The notes under the pieces: model-generated
Database searches by the model: none
Told to the model about the DNA's origin: nothing
The model's input: the letters and a program-made list of their open reading frames with translations, nothing else
Assembly (NCBI GenBank): GCA_963784645.1
Contig: CAWARY010000015.1
Location: forward strand, 497,688 to 561,687
Length of the DNA: 64,000 nucleotides
Direction of reading: 5' to 3'
Source: an uncultured Actinomycetota bacterium
Lineage (GTDB): Bacteria; Actinomycetota; Actinomycetes; JACCUZ01
Translations under genes and position numbers: made by a program
In this document: piece after piece, positions 29,178 to 39,245 of the stretch
Layout of the letters: every line of letters begins with the position of its first letter
Position numbering within the stretch: position 1 is the first letter of the stretch

Positions 29178-30805
29178 GGCTGCCCCGCCGCCCCTGTCCC
29201 CGTCCCGTCGGCCGCCCCGCTCACGGCCACCGCCACCAGGGCCCGGAGCACCGGCTCGAGGTCGTCGGAGCCGAGGCTGAGCGAGTCGCTGAAGATCTCC
29301 ACCAGCCAGCCCGAGGACGCCTGCGAGGCGCCGGCGGCCAGGACCGCGCGGTAGCCGGCGACGACGAGGGCGGACTCCTCGTCGGGGTCGTTGCCGGGCA
29401 TCCCGATCTCGACGTAGAAAGACCCGGCACGGCGCACCGCACGTGCCGTCTCGGGGTAGTCGCGCAGGTCGAAGGTCGCTCCGACCCGCGAGAACGCGAC
29501 GTACTGCGGGTCGGTCGGGTCGCCCTCCCGCTGCACCGAGCTGGTCCGGGAGACCAGCTCGTCACCGCCGTCGGGGGCCTCCGACACCCACCACCCGGCG
29601 GCGTCGACGAGCTCGGCGACCAGGGCGGCGACCGCCTCGACCCGGTTCTGGATGCTCGCCTCGGACAGCTGGTCCAGCACCGCCATCCCGGCGTCGAGCA
29701 CCTGCGGCACCCGGGCCGATGACGCGCCCCGACGGGTCCGCCGGTCCGGGGTGCTCGGGTCGGGCTCCTCCGCCGACGCCTGCCCGGCGACGACCGGGGT
29801 GAGGGAGCGGGCCCGCTTGGCCCGGTACTGCGCTGCGTCGGCCAGGCGAAGGAGCCGCACCGGCGAGTCGACGGCGCCCACGGCCGTGTCCGAGGACGCC
29901 ACACCGCAGGAGACGCCGGTGCTCATCGGCAGCCGGTCGACGAGTCGGCAGAGCTCTTCGGCCACCTTGACCGCCTCGCTCCCGGGGGCGCCGCTGATGA
30001 CGACGCAGAACTCGTCACCGCCGATGCGCGCGGCCATGCTGCCGGGGACGAGCCCGCTGGCCCGGCTCACCGCGTCACCGATCGCGATGATCGCCCGGTC
30101 ACCGGCCTCGTGGCCGAAGGAGTCGTTGACCTGCTTGAGCCGGTTGATGTCCGCCAGCACGACGGACACCGGCTGCTGGGTGTCGCCGTCCGGGCCGAAC
30201 TCGGCCTCCAGCCGGTCGTCGACGGCGCGGCGGTTGGCCAGCCCGGTGAGCGGGTCCTGGAAGGCCAGGCGCTCGATCCGCGCCACGTAGTCGGCCTGGA
30301 CCACGCCGGCCGCGACCTGGGTCGCGACCGCGGTGGCGAAGTCGATGTCGGCGTCGGTGAACCGCGGCTGCCCCGCGAACCGCGTCGCGTACAGAGCGCC
30401 CCAGACGCTCGCGTCGACCACGATCGGAATTCCGAGGGAGGAGTCCTTGCCGAGGCGGAGCAGGAGCTCGGCCTCCTCGTCGCCGTCGTCGACTGACGCG
30501 ACGTAGCCCCGGCGCCGCTGCACGAGGTTGTCGGCCTGGCGGTAGCGCGCCGCGGTGTAGACCTCGTCGGCCGGGAAGCGCACCTCACCGGGCGCGAGCA
30601 CGCCCACGTTGACCAGGACACGCAGCAGGCCACGCTCGCCCTGCCACCGGGTGATCGAGAGCGAGGCGGCGTCCAGCGCTCGCCGGGCCTCCTCCGCAGT
30701 CAGCTCGACCAGGTCGTCGAACCGGCGGGCGGCGCCGACCACCTTGGCGATGTCGAGCAGGCTGCGCAGCCGCCCGGCGTCGTCGGAGCTCGTCACACCA
30801 CGCAA
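29174..30805 (-). CDS. GAF-domain diguanylate cyclase (GGDEF)
   Basis: Two GAF-like regions (…LLRVLVNVGVL…, …GIPIVVDASVWGALYATRF…) followed by GGDEF: FQDPLTGLANRRAVDDRLE...VVLADINRLKQVNDSFGHEAGDRAI...RIGGDEFCVV (GGDEF), ...LRLADAAQYRAKR. Confidence 0.85.
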   Translation of the reverse strand: MRGVTSSDDAGRLRSLLDIAKVVGAARRFDDLVELTAEEARRALDAASLSITRWQGERGLLRVLVNVGVLAPGEVRFPADEVYTAARYRQADNLVQRRRGYVASVDDGDEEAELLLRLGKDSSLGIPIVVDASVWGALYATRFAGQPRFTDADIDFATAVATQVAAGVVQADYVARIERLAFQDPLTGLANRRAVDDRLEAEFGPDGDTQQPVSVVLADINRLKQVNDSFGHEAGDRAIIAIGDAVSRASGLVPGSMAARIGGDEFCVVISGAPGSEAVKVAEELCRLVDRLPMSTGVSCGVASSDTAVGAVDSPVRLLRLADAAQYRAKRARSLTPVVAGQASAEEPDPSTPDRRTRRGASSARVPQVLDAGMAVLDQLSEASIQNRVEAVAALVAELVDAAGWWVSEAPDGGDELVSRTSSVQREGDPTDPQYVAFSRVGATFDLRDYPETARAVRRAGSFYVEIGMPGNDPDEESALVVAGYRAVLAAGASQASSGWLVEIFSDSLSLGSDDLEPVLRALVAVAVSGAADGTGTGAAGQP

Positions 30806-30890
30806 CTCTGGTGCACGGGACCCGCCCGGCGTGGGACTTCCGCGAGTCCGGCCCCCGAGCCGCCCGCCGTGAACAACCCGCCGCGGGCGG

Positions 30891-31808
30891 TCAGCTCTCC
30901 GGTGTCAGGCGGGTGCGTGGTCCGGCGCGCAGCACCTGGGACGGCAGCGTCCGGCCGACCAGCGACTCGGCCTGCGCTGCCACCTCGATCATCGCCTCGA
31001 GGTCCACGCCGGTGGCCACCCCCATGTCCTCGACCATGTGGACCAGCTCCTCGGTGGCGATGTTGCCGGTGGCGCCCGGAGCGTAGGGGCAGCCGCCGAG
31101 ACCCCCCACCGATGCGTCGAAGTCGCTCACGCCGAGCTCGAGCGCGGCCAGCACGTTCGCCAGGCCGGCGCCCCGGGTGTTGTGGAAGTGCAGGTTGAGC
31201 GCGGCGGCGGGAAAGGCCGACCGGGTCTCGCCCACCAGCCGGCTGACCCGTCCCGGTGTCGCCATGCCGGTGGTGTCGCCGTACGACAGGGAGTCGGCGC
31301 CGTCGGCCAGCGCACGCCGCGCCACTCCCAGCACCCGCTCGACCGGCACCTCGCCCTCGTACGGGCAGCCCCACGCGGTGGACACGATGACCTGGACGGT
31401 GGCGCCGCGCCCGTGCGCCAGGTCGAGGACGCCGGCGATGTCGTCGAGCGACTCGTCGGTCGACCGGTTGACGTTCTTGCGGTTGTGGGTGTCGGACGCT
31501 GACACCACGACCTCGATCTCGTCGAAACCGGCGGCGAGGGCGCGCTCGGCGCCCTTGAGGTTCGGTACCAGCGCGGAGTAGCGGACGCCGGGGTTGCGGA
31601 CGACACCGGCCCAGACCTCGGCGGCGTCGGCCATCGACGGGATCGCCTTCGGGTGCACGAACGACACCGCCTCGATCCGGCCCACTCCTGTGCGGGACAG
31701 CGCATCGACGAGTGCGACCTTGCCGGCGGTGGGCACCGGTGCCTCGTTCTGCAGGCCGTCGCGGGGCCCGACCTCGCGAAGCGACAGCCGCTCGGGCAGG
31801 TCACTCAT
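30891..31808 (-). CDS. hydroxymethylglutaryl-CoA lyase
   Basis: Internal ATG 31808: MSDLPERLSLREVGPRDGLQNE...VSFVHPKAIPSMADA...LNLHFHNTRGAGLANVLAALELGVSDFDASVGGLGGCPYAPGATGNIATEELVHM. Canonical HMGL motifs. Confidence 0.85.
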   Translation of the reverse strand: MSDLPERLSLREVGPRDGLQNEAPVPTAGKVALVDALSRTGVGRIEAVSFVHPKAIPSMADAAEVWAGVVRNPGVRYSALVPNLKGAERALAAGFDEIEVVVSASDTHNRKNVNRSTDESLDDIAGVLDLAHGRGATVQVIVSTAWGCPYEGEVPVERVLGVARRALADGADSLSYGDTTGMATPGRVSRLVGETRSAFPAAALNLHFHNTRGAGLANVLAALELGVSDFDASVGGLGGCPYAPGATGNIATEELVHMVEDMGVATGVDLEAMIEVAAQAESLVGRTLPSQVLRAGPRTRLTPES

Positions 31809-31821
31809 GTCGTCGTTCCCT

Positions 31822-32634
31822 TCACGTGCCGGGCCACTCGGGTCGGCGCTTCTCGTTGAACGCCGCCACGCCCTCGGCGCGGTCGCCGGAGAACGCGGTG
31901 GCCCGCCAGGCGCCGTCCTCGACGTCGAGTCCGGTGGCGAGGTCGACGTCCGCCGCCTTGCGCAACGCCCGCTTGGCGTTGCGTACTCCCACCGGGGAGT
32001 TCCCGGCGATCTGCGCCGCAAGCTCCAGCGCGGCGGCCCGGTCCTGCCCGGCCGGGACGCGGCGGTCGACCAGCCCGAGCCGCTCGGCCTCGTCGACCTC
32101 GACGCGACGGCCGGTGAAGACGAGGTCGGCGGCGCGTGAGGCGCCGATGCGTCGCGCAAGCAGCTGGGTGCCGCCTCCGCCGGGGATGACGCCGACGGTC
32201 ACCTCCGGCAGGCCGAGCACCGCCGTCGAGTCGCACACCACGAGGTCGCACGACAGGGCCAGCTCGAGGCCGCCACCGAGCGCGTAGCCGTGCACCGCGG
32301 CGATGGTCGGCACCGGAAGGTCCAGGACGCCGGCGAACGCGGCGCGGAAGACCGGTCGCTGCGCCATCAGGTCCGCGTCGGTGAAGGAGTTGCGCTCCTT
32401 GAGGTCGGCGCCCACGCAGAACGACTTGTCCGACGCCGAGCTGAGCACGACCACGCGGAGAGCGCCGTCGGCGGCGAGTGCGGCGGTCGCCGCGGCGAAG
32501 TCGCGCGCCATGGCCGTCGACAGCGCGTTGTGCGCCTCGGGCCGGTCCAGCACCAGCTCGGCGACGTGCCCCCGGTCGCCGTGCCGGGTCACCGTCACGT
32601 GGTCGTACGTCGGTCCGCTCGCGTGCTCAGCCAC
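31822..32634 (-). CDS. enoyl-CoA hydratase/isomerase family (probable methylglutaconyl-CoA hydratase)
   Basis: GTG 32634: ...HVAELVLDRPEAHNALS...SFCVGADLKER...IAAVHGYALGGGLELALSCDLVVC...GVIPGGGGTQLLARRIG: crotonase fold. Immediately upstream of HMG-CoA lyase. Confidence 0.8.
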   Translation of the reverse strand: MAEHASGPTYDHVTVTRHGDRGHVAELVLDRPEAHNALSTAMARDFAAATAALAADGALRVVVLSSASDKSFCVGADLKERNSFTDADLMAQRPVFRAAFAGVLDLPVPTIAAVHGYALGGGLELALSCDLVVCDSTAVLGLPEVTVGVIPGGGGTQLLARRIGASRAADLVFTGRRVEVDEAERLGLVDRRVPAGQDRAAALELAAQIAGNSPVGVRNAKRALRKAADVDLATGLDVEDGAWRATAFSGDRAEGVAAFNEKRRPEWPGT

Positions 32635-32644
32635 GCGGGCGAGG

Positions 32645-33649
32645 CTAACGCGTGCGGCGCACCACGCCGGGACGCACCAGTCCCATCCCGCGGACGGCGC
32701 GGGTCCGACCGATGTCGAGGGCGATGCCGTCGGCACCCTCGAGGGCGTCGGCGGTGGCCCGGTCCACCAGGACCGTGCCCGGCGCAGCCAGCGCGGTCAG
32801 CCGGGACGCCAGGTTGACCGTGGCACCGAACACGTCGCCCATCCGCATGGCCACCGGCCCGGTGGCGATCCCGACGCGGACATCGGGCAGGACCGGGTCC
32901 TCCGCCATGGCCTCGGCCAGCTCGAGCCCGATGGTGGCGGCCGGCAGCGGTGAGTCGGCGGCGAAGAGCACCTCGTCACCGACCGTCTTGATCAGCCGGC
33001 CGCCCCCGGCGGCGATGACGTCGGCCGACCGCCGCTGGAACCGCTCGACCAGCGCGGCGAGCTCACGCTCCTCGAGCTTCTGCGACAGCCGGGTGTACGA
33101 GACGAGGTCCGCGAACCCGACCGACCGTCGGCTGGTGACGGTCTCGGACTCGGCGGCGGCGAGGACCCGGCCGGCTACGGAGGCAAGCTGCCGCCGCCAG
33201 ACCGCGACCAGCAGCTGCTCGAAGTCGGCGAGGTGGTCGGCGGACTGCTGGGCGGCGAGCCGGTGCGCCTGCTCCTGGGAGTGCCCGGCGTCGACCAGGT
33301 GCTCCACGAGCGCGTCGAACTGCCACTCGGCCAGCCGGGCGGTGTTGTGGCCGATGGCCCGGGTGACGCTGACCGCGAGCTCGTCGTCGAGGACGCCCAC
33401 CTCGATGAGGTGCTGCAGCCGGTCGATCGCGCCGAGGTCGCCGTCGGTGAAGGCCACCGGCTCGTCGCCGACGTCGGCGAAACCCACCGCGCGCCACAGC
33501 CGGCGTGCGTAGTCGACGGACAGACCGGCCTTGGCGGCGAGCTCGTCACGGCGGTACCGGCGCGGGCCGCCGAGAAGGCGCTCCTCGATCCCGGCTGCGG
33601 ACGACGCCTGGTCGGGCTGCTGCGGCTCGTCAGGCCCGGTCGTCGGCAC
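32645..33649 (-). CDS. class III adenylate/guanylate cyclase domain protein
   Basis: C-terminal cyclase homology domain: VGFADLVSYTRLSQKL...GGRLIKTVGDEVLFAADSP...VRVGIATGPVAMRMGDVFGATVNLASRL. GTG 33649 chosen after the artefactual R/S-rich N-extension. N-terminal region function unknown. Confidence 0.75.
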   Translation of the reverse strand: MPTTGPDEPQQPDQASSAAGIEERLLGGPRRYRRDELAAKAGLSVDYARRLWRAVGFADVGDEPVAFTDGDLGAIDRLQHLIEVGVLDDELAVSVTRAIGHNTARLAEWQFDALVEHLVDAGHSQEQAHRLAAQQSADHLADFEQLLVAVWRRQLASVAGRVLAAAESETVTSRRSVGFADLVSYTRLSQKLEERELAALVERFQRRSADVIAAGGGRLIKTVGDEVLFAADSPLPAATIGLELAEAMAEDPVLPDVRVGIATGPVAMRMGDVFGATVNLASRLTALAAPGTVLVDRATADALEGADGIALDIGRTRAVRGMGLVRPGVVRRTR

Positions 33650-34196
33650 CGCGGCGGCGCTCCTCGTCAGCCTCGGCGAGCCGGTAGACGTCGCGCTGCA
33701 CCTCTTCGACGTGCGGCACGTCGCGCAGGACGAGCTGGCCACGCTCACCTGCTGACTCCACGACCAGGGTGCCGCAACCGAGGATCCGCTCGAGGATCCC
33801 GCTGTGCTCGAAGGTGACGTCGTTGATCCGAGAGATCGGCATGTCGCGGCCCTGGCGGGCCACCACGCCGGCCCGGGTGATGATGCGGCGGTCGGTGACG
33901 ACGTACGCCGTGGTGATCCACGTGAGGAACGGCCACACCGTGAGCCGCAGCAGGAGCAGCGTGGCTACCACGACGACGGCGATGCGCAGCGGTGTCTGCG
34001 CCGAGCCCTCGGGAACCACTGTCGCGACGTAGGTGGCCACCGGGCACACGACCAGGAGCACCACCACCGGCCAGACCATCTCCTTCCAGTGCGGTCGGAG
34101 GGCCATGACGACGTCCTCGTCGTCGGCGAGCAGGCGCTTCGGGATGCCGGTCACGCTCGGAATGGTGCCAGATGGTGCGGCGCCAGCCGGCCTCAT
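33630..34196 (-). CDS. bacterial PH-domain (YdbS/DUF304-like) membrane protein
   Basis: Two TM helices (VWPVVVLLVVCPVATYVATVV; IAVVVVATLLLLRLTVWPFL) followed by YVVTDRRIITRAGVVARQGRDMPISRINDVTFEHSGILERILGCGTLVVES (bPH_2 pattern). Alternative start is the ATG of MALRPHW. Overlaps the birA stop by 4 bp. Confidence 0.7.
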   Translation of the reverse strand: MRPAGAAPSGTIPSVTGIPKRLLADDEDVVMALRPHWKEMVWPVVVLLVVCPVATYVATVVPEGSAQTPLRIAVVVVATLLLLRLTVWPFLTWITTAYVVTDRRIITRAGVVARQGRDMPISRINDVTFEHSGILERILGCGTLVVESAGERGQLVLRDVPHVEEVQRDVYRLAEADEERRRGADDRA

Positions 34197-35005
34197 CGCA
34201 CGTGAACGACGTCTCCGGCAGCGAGAGTCGTCAGACCTGCGTCGGCCCGGACGACGAGGCAGCCGGCGGCGTCGACGTCGACGGCCTCTCCCTCGATGCA
34301 GCGGCCGCCCGGCAGCTCGACCCTCACCCGTCGCCCGAGGGTGGCGCAGGACGACCGGTAGGCGTCCAGGATCCCGGACGCGACGGCGTCACCGCCCGCC
34401 GCCTGGAAGTCGCGGTAGCGATCGGCCAAGGTCCGCAGCACCGCACGCAGCACCGGGTCGCGGTCGACCACGTCGGACCCTTCGAGCGTCAACGAGGTGG
34501 CCGTGGGCACCGGCAGCTCGTCGGCGCGCAGCGAGACGTTGAGACCGAGTCCGACGACCACCGCTTCGTCGACCACCTCGGCCAGCAGCCCGGCCAGCTT
34601 GCGTTCGGCGTCGACCAGGACGTCGTTGGGCCACTTGAGCCCGAGATCGAGCCCGGACAAGGGTCCGAGCGAGCCCACGACCGCCAGCCCGGTCAGCAGC
34701 GGCAGCCAGCCCCAGGACTCGCGCGGCACCGTAGGCCGCAGCAGCACGGAGACAGCCAGGCCGGATCGAGCGGGCGCCTGCCACACCCGGCCGGCGCGGC
34801 CCCGGCCGGCGGTCTGCAGCTCGGCGGCCACGACGAGGCCCTCCGGGACACCGGCCCGGGCCGCCTCGGCGACGTCGGCGTTGGTGGAGGCGGTGGACCC
34901 GACGACCCGGACGTCCGTCCAGGGGCTGCCCGGGCCGACGAGCGCGGCCCGGAGGGCGGACTGGCGCAGCGGCGGCCGGTCCAGGTCTCGCCAGGGACTC
35001 GTCAC
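34193..35005 (-). CDS. birA: biotin--[acetyl-CoA-carboxylase] ligase (group I, no DNA-binding domain)
   Basis: GTG 35005. ...VVGSTASTNADVAEAARAGVPEGLVVAAELQTAGRGRAGRVWQAPARSGLAVSVLLRP...LKWPNDVLV...KLAGLLAEV. Signature GRGRxGRxW. About 270 aa, so no HTH. Confidence 0.8.
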   Translation of the reverse strand: MTSPWRDLDRPPLRQSALRAALVGPGSPWTDVRVVGSTASTNADVAEAARAGVPEGLVVAAELQTAGRGRAGRVWQAPARSGLAVSVLLRPTVPRESWGWLPLLTGLAVVGSLGPLSGLDLGLKWPNDVLVDAERKLAGLLAEVVDEAVVVGLGLNVSLRADELPVPTATSLTLEGSDVVDRDPVLRAVLRTLADRYRDFQAAGGDAVASGILDAYRSSCATLGRRVRVELPGGRCIEGEAVDVDAAGCLVVRADAGLTTLAAGDVVHVR

Positions 35006-35235
35006 TCGCGCCTCCAGCAGTCCCCGCTCAGTCGGTGACGCGGTCTCACGAGTCTCCGCACGCCGGGCCACGCCCGCGCGGACGGCTGCCGCCGCCGGAC
35101 GAGCCGGACCGGACCTGGAGCACCACGCCACGAGTCTGCACCCCACGACCACCCACCGCCGCGCCGAGAGTGGACCGCCCGGTTCGCCGCGTCGGCCGGT
35201 CCGGACGCTCCTGAGCGCCTGGCTACGCTGCCGGG

Positions 35236-36858
35236 GTGACCAGCGCAGCGGAGACCCCCACGCCGGGCGGCACCGAGGTGCCCGGGGACATCGACGCCCA
35301 CACCACGGCCGGACGGCTCGCCGACCTGAACCGTCGCCACGAGGAGGCCGTGCACGCGGGCTCGGCGCGCGCGGTCGAGAAGCAGCACGCCAAGGGCAAG
35401 ATGACCGCCCGCGAGCGGATCGACGCGCTGCTCGACGAGGGATCGTTCGTGGAGATGGACGAGCTCGCCCGGCACCGCTCGACGTCGTTCGGCATGGACG
35501 GGTCCCGGCCCTACGGCGACGGCGTCGTCACCGGCTACGGCACGGTCGACGCGCGGCAGGTCTGCGTGTTCGCGCAGGACTTCACCGTGTTCGGCGGGTC
35601 GCTCGGCGAGGTCTTCGGCGAGAAGATCGTCAAGGTCATGGACCTCGCGCTGAAGATCGGCTGCCCGGTGGTCGGCATCAACGACTCCGGCGGTGCGCGC
35701 ATCCAGGAGGGCGTCGTCTCGCTCGGCCTCTACGGCGACATCTTCTACCGCAACGTGATGGCCAGCGGTGTCGTCCCGCAGGTCTCGCTGATCATGGGGC
35801 CGTGCGCCGGCGGTGCCGTCTACTCCCCTGCGATCACGGACTTCACCGTGATGGTCGACCAGAAGTCGTACATGTTCATCACCGGCCCGGACGTCATCAA
35901 GACGGTCACCGGCGAGGACGTCACGCAGGAGGACCTCGGCGGCGCCCGCACCCACAACACGAAGTCCGGCAACGCCCACCACCTCGCCGCCGACGAGGCC
36001 GACGCCATCGACTACGTCAAGGCGCTGCTGTCCTACCTGCCGAGCAACAACCTCGAGGACCCGCCGTCCTACGACGAGACTGCCGCCCTCGACGTCACCG
36101 ACGAGGACCGCGAGCTCGACACGTTCGTGCCCGACTCGGCCAACCAGCCCTACGACATGCACACCGTCATCGGGCACGTGCTCGACGACGGCGAGTTCCT
36201 CGAGGTGCAGGCCCTGTTCGCGCCCAACATCATCTGCGGTTTCGGTCGCGTCGAGGGACGCTCCGTGGGCGTCGTCGCCAACCAGCCGATGCAGCTCGCC
36301 GGCACCCTCGACATCGACGCTTCCGAGAAGGCTGCGCGCTTCGTGCGCACCTGCGACGCGTTCAACGTGCCGGTGCTGACCTTCGTCGACGTCCCCGGGT
36401 TCCTGCCCGGCGCCTCGCAGGAGTGGGACGGCATCATCCGCCGCGGGGCGAAGCTCATCTACGCCTACGCCGAGGCCACGGTGCCCAAGGTCACCGTCAT
36501 CACGCGCAAGGCCTACGGCGGCGCGTACGACGTCATGGGGTCCAAGCACCTCGGCGCCGACATCAACCTCGCGTGGCCGACCGCGCAGATCGCGGTGATG
36601 GGCGCACAGGGGGCGGTCAACATCCTCTACCGCCGCGAGCTGGCCGACGCCGGCGACGACGCCGCCGCCAAGCGCAAGGAGCTCGTGCAGGAGTACGAGG
36701 ACCACCTCGCCAACCCCTACATCGCCGCCGAGCGGGGCTACGTCGACTCGGTCATCCCGCCGTCACACACCCGCACGTACGTCGTCAAGGCGCTGCGCGC
36801 GCTGCGCACCAAGCGGCAGACCCTGCCCCCGAAGAAGCACGGCAACATCCCGCTGTGA
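35236..36858 (+). CDS. acyl-CoA carboxylase carboxyltransferase beta subunit (PccB/AccD5-like)
   Basis: 540 aa, GTG start. ...[25 protein letters not shown]...[35 protein letters not shown]...[22 protein letters not shown]...[16 protein letters not shown]...[31 protein letters not shown]. Confidence 0.9.
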   Translation: MTSAAETPTPGGTEVPGDIDAHTTAGRLADLNRRHEEAVHAGSARAVEKQHAKGKMTARERIDALLDEGSFVEMDELARHRSTSFGMDGSRPYGDGVVTGYGTVDARQVCVFAQDFTVFGGSLGEVFGEKIVKVMDLALKIGCPVVGINDSGGARIQEGVVSLGLYGDIFYRNVMASGVVPQVSLIMGPCAGGAVYSPAITDFTVMVDQKSYMFITGPDVIKTVTGEDVTQEDLGGARTHNTKSGNAHHLAADEADAIDYVKALLSYLPSNNLEDPPSYDETAALDVTDEDRELDTFVPDSANQPYDMHTVIGHVLDDGEFLEVQALFAPNIICGFGRVEGRSVGVVANQPMQLAGTLDIDASEKAARFVRTCDAFNVPVLTFVDVPGFLPGASQEWDGIIRRGAKLIYAYAEATVPKVTVITRKAYGGAYDVMGSKHLGADINLAWPTAQIAVMGAQGAVNILYRRELADAGDDAAAKRKELVQEYEDHLANPYIAAERGYVDSVIPPSHTRTYVVKALRALRTKRQTLPPKKHGNIPL

Positions 36859-37079
36859 CCGACGACCAGCACGTACGCCCCACCCTGCGCGTCGTCCGTG
36901 GCGAGCCCACCGCCGCTGAGCTGGCTGCTCTGGTGGTCGTCCTGGGTGCCCGCGCCGCGGCCGCCACGACCGGGGCCTCCGGTCAGCTCCGCTCGTCCTG
37001 GAACGACCCGGCTCGCCTGGTGCGGCACCCGCAGCCGTCCCGCTCCGGCGGCTGGCGAGCCTCCGCGCTACCCCGCTGA
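36855..37079 (+). CDS. acyl-CoA carboxylase epsilon subunit (AccE-like), 74 aa
   Basis: GTG overlapping the beta-subunit stop (GTGA). [74 protein letters not shown]: the LRVVRG(N/E)PT..ELAAL.. signature of epsilon subunits. Own translation; not in the supplied ORF list for this frame start. Confidence 0.7.
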   Translation: MTDDQHVRPTLRVVRGEPTAAELAALVVVLGARAAAATTGASGQLRSSWNDPARLVRHPQPSRSGGWRASALPR

Positions 37080-37101
37080 CGGCACGTCCGGCGACCTCGG
37101 G

Positions 37102-37695
37102 CTACGCCCGCCACGCCGGGTCGCGACCGAACGAGCCGATCAGCCGGTCCTGCTTCGGCGCGGACTCGGGCACCGTGACGGGCGGCCCCACTGCCCCGGC
37201 GCCCCGGTAGGGCTCAGCCCAGTCCGCCCACCAGCCCATCGCCGCGTCGACCAGGTCCGGGTCGAGCGTGCGGTCCTGGCCGGTCGCCGCCAGCAGGTCC
37301 CACGTGTGGACCACGTGGTCGACGAGGACCTGCCAGGCATAGTCCTCGGCGCTGAAGTCGCCGAAGGAGAGGTGCACGGTCCGGGCCAAGGCGTCGGGCT
37401 CGGACAGCGCAGCCACGGCGGCCGCCACCGCACTCGACGCCGACTCGGCGGGTGCGCCGCCGAGCAGGTCGCCGTCGAGCGCGTCACCGATGTCGGCGAT
37501 GGTCCGCCCCTCCACCAGCGGCGGGACCCATCGGTCCTCCCCCACGACGTGGTTGGTGAGCGCCCGCACGTCCCAGTCGGCGCACGGGGTGGCGGCCGAC
37601 CAGGCGTCACCGGGGACGCGGGCCGCAGCCGCCACGAACCGGTCTCCGGACCGCGTGTACAGGTCCACGACACGACTGACTGCTGACATCGGCAT
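37102..37695 (-). CDS. TIGR03086-family protein (DinB/MDMPI-like, mycothiol-dependent maleylpyruvate isomerase N-terminal domain superfamily)
   Basis: ATG 37695: MPMSAVSRVVDLYTRSGDRFVAAAARVPGDAWSAATPCADWDVRALTNHVVGEDRWVPPLVEGRTIADIG... Typical TIGR03086 N-terminus (ATPC.DWdVR.L..H). Rest of the long minus ORF is artefact. Confidence 0.65.
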   Translation of the reverse strand: MPMSAVSRVVDLYTRSGDRFVAAAARVPGDAWSAATPCADWDVRALTNHVVGEDRWVPPLVEGRTIADIGDALDGDLLGGAPAESASSAVAAAVAALSEPDALARTVHLSFGDFSAEDYAWQVLVDHVVHTWDLLAATGQDRTLDPDLVDAAMGWWADWAEPYRGAGAVGPPVTVPESAPKQDRLIGSFGRDPAWRA

Positions 37696-37770
37696 TCTCC
37701 TCCGGGGTTCCGACGATCGTGCCTGCGTCAGCGGACGCCGTCGAGGGACGTATCGGGCAGGTCCCGTAGC

Positions 37771-38367
37771 GTGACCGCCGTGACCCGGCGCCTCGTGCTC
37801 GCCTCCGCGTCCCCCGCGCGCCTGACCCTCCTCCGGCAGGCCGGGCTGGCCCCGGAGGTCGTGGTGAGCGGGGTCGACGAGAACGACGTCACCGGTCCGC
37901 CGTACGACGTGGCGCTGACGCTGGCCGTCCGCAAGGCGATGGCGGTCGCCCCGGGACAGGCCGACACCCTGGTGCTGGGCTGCGACTCCGTGCTCGACCT
38001 CGACGGCGAGGCGCTCGGCAAGCCGTCGGACGCCGCCGAGGCCGTCTCCCGCTGGCGCCGGATGCGCGGCCGCAGCGGAGTGCTGCGGACCGGCCACTGC
38101 CTCGTCGACACCCGGACCGGCCGCGACGCTGCCGAGGTGGCGTCCACGACCGTGCACTTCGCCGACGTCTCCGACGTCGAGATCGACGACTACGTCGCCA
38201 CCGGTGAGCCGTTGCGCGTCGCCGGCGCCTTCACCATCGACGGGCTCGGCGGCCCCTACATCGACGGTGTGGAGGGCGACCCGCACGCCGTGGTGGGCCT
38301 CTCGCTCCCCCTGCTCCGCCGGATGCTGCTCGACGTCGGGTCGTCGCTCGGCGAGCTTCGAGCCTGA
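37771..38367 (+). CDS. maf: Maf-like nucleoside triphosphate pyrophosphatase (septum formation protein Maf)
   Basis: RLVLASASPARLTLLRQAGL...VLGCDSVLDLDGEALGKP...VVGLSLPLL: Maf family signatures (LASxSPRR, DS). GTG 37771 or 37780. Confidence 0.8.
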   Translation: MTAVTRRLVLASASPARLTLLRQAGLAPEVVVSGVDENDVTGPPYDVALTLAVRKAMAVAPGQADTLVLGCDSVLDLDGEALGKPSDAAEAVSRWRRMRGRSGVLRTGHCLVDTRTGRDAAEVASTTVHFADVSDVEIDDYVATGEPLRVAGAFTIDGLGGPYIDGVEGDPHAVVGLSLPLLRRMLLDVGSSLGELRA

Positions 38368-38441
38368 CCGCTACCTGACCACGTGGGGTCACAACGGCTC
38401 CGGCGACCGCCCGCCGGGGGCCGCGCACGTACCGTGGCCCG

Positions 38442-39245
38442 GTGCCCCTGTCCCGCCGCGACCTCCTGCGCGCCTCCGCCGCGGCCGCGCTCACGGCGGC
38501 CTGCAGCCCGGCATCCTCCGACGCGTCAGGACCTCGCGCGGGTGCCACGCCGGACGCGGCCGCCCCGTCGGCCAGCAGCACCTCGACGTCGGCCGGCCCG
38601 CCGCCGTCCGACGCGAGCAGCACGGCACCGGCCGCGGGGAGCCGGCCGGCCCGCGAGATCGGCCACGGTCCGCGGACCTCGCCGCTGGTCGCGCTCACCT
38701 TCCACGGCAACGGCGACCCGGCGCTGGCGATGCAGCTGCTGCGCGTTCTCGGCGACCACCACGTGCAGGCCACCGTCATGGCGGTCGGCACCTGGCTGCG
38801 CGCCGAGCCACGGATGGCGGGCCGGATCCTCGACGCCGGTCACGACCTCGGCAACCACACGCTGCACCACTACCCGATGCGGTCCCTGTCGGCCTCGACC
38901 GCCTTCAGCGAGATCCGCGGCTGCGCCCGCACGCTGCACCGGCTGACCGGGTCGCAGGGCACGTGGTTCCGGGCCTCGGGCACCCAGGCCACGACCACCA
39001 CCATCCGGCGCGAGGCCGGCCGGGCCGGCTACGACCGCTGCATCTCCTACGACGTCGACGGCCTCGACTGGCAGGACCCGTCGACCAGCACCGTCGAGCG
39101 GGCCGTCCTCGGGCACTCCCGCGCCGGGTCGATCGTCAGCCTGCACCTCGGCCACCAGGTGACCGTGGACGCTCTCCCCACGATCCTGGCGGGACTGCAC
39201 GACAAGGGCCTTCGGCCGGTGACGCTGTCGGAGCTGCTCGCGTGA
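38442..39245 (+). CDS. polysaccharide deacetylase (NodB-homology) lipoprotein with Tat-type signal
   Basis: MPLSRRDLLRASAAAALTAACSP (twin-Arg motif plus lipobox LTAAC). NodB motifs: LTFHGNGD, HDLGNHTLHHYPM, IVSLHLGH. Confidence 0.75.
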   Translation: MPLSRRDLLRASAAAALTAACSPASSDASGPRAGATPDAAAPSASSTSTSAGPPPSDASSTAPAAGSRPAREIGHGPRTSPLVALTFHGNGDPALAMQLLRVLGDHHVQATVMAVGTWLRAEPRMAGRILDAGHDLGNHTLHHYPMRSLSASTAFSEIRGCARTLHRLTGSQGTWFRASGTQATTTTIRREAGRAGYDRCISYDVDGLDWQDPSTSTVERAVLGHSRAGSIVSLHLGHQVTVDALPTILAGLHDKGLRPVTLSELLA

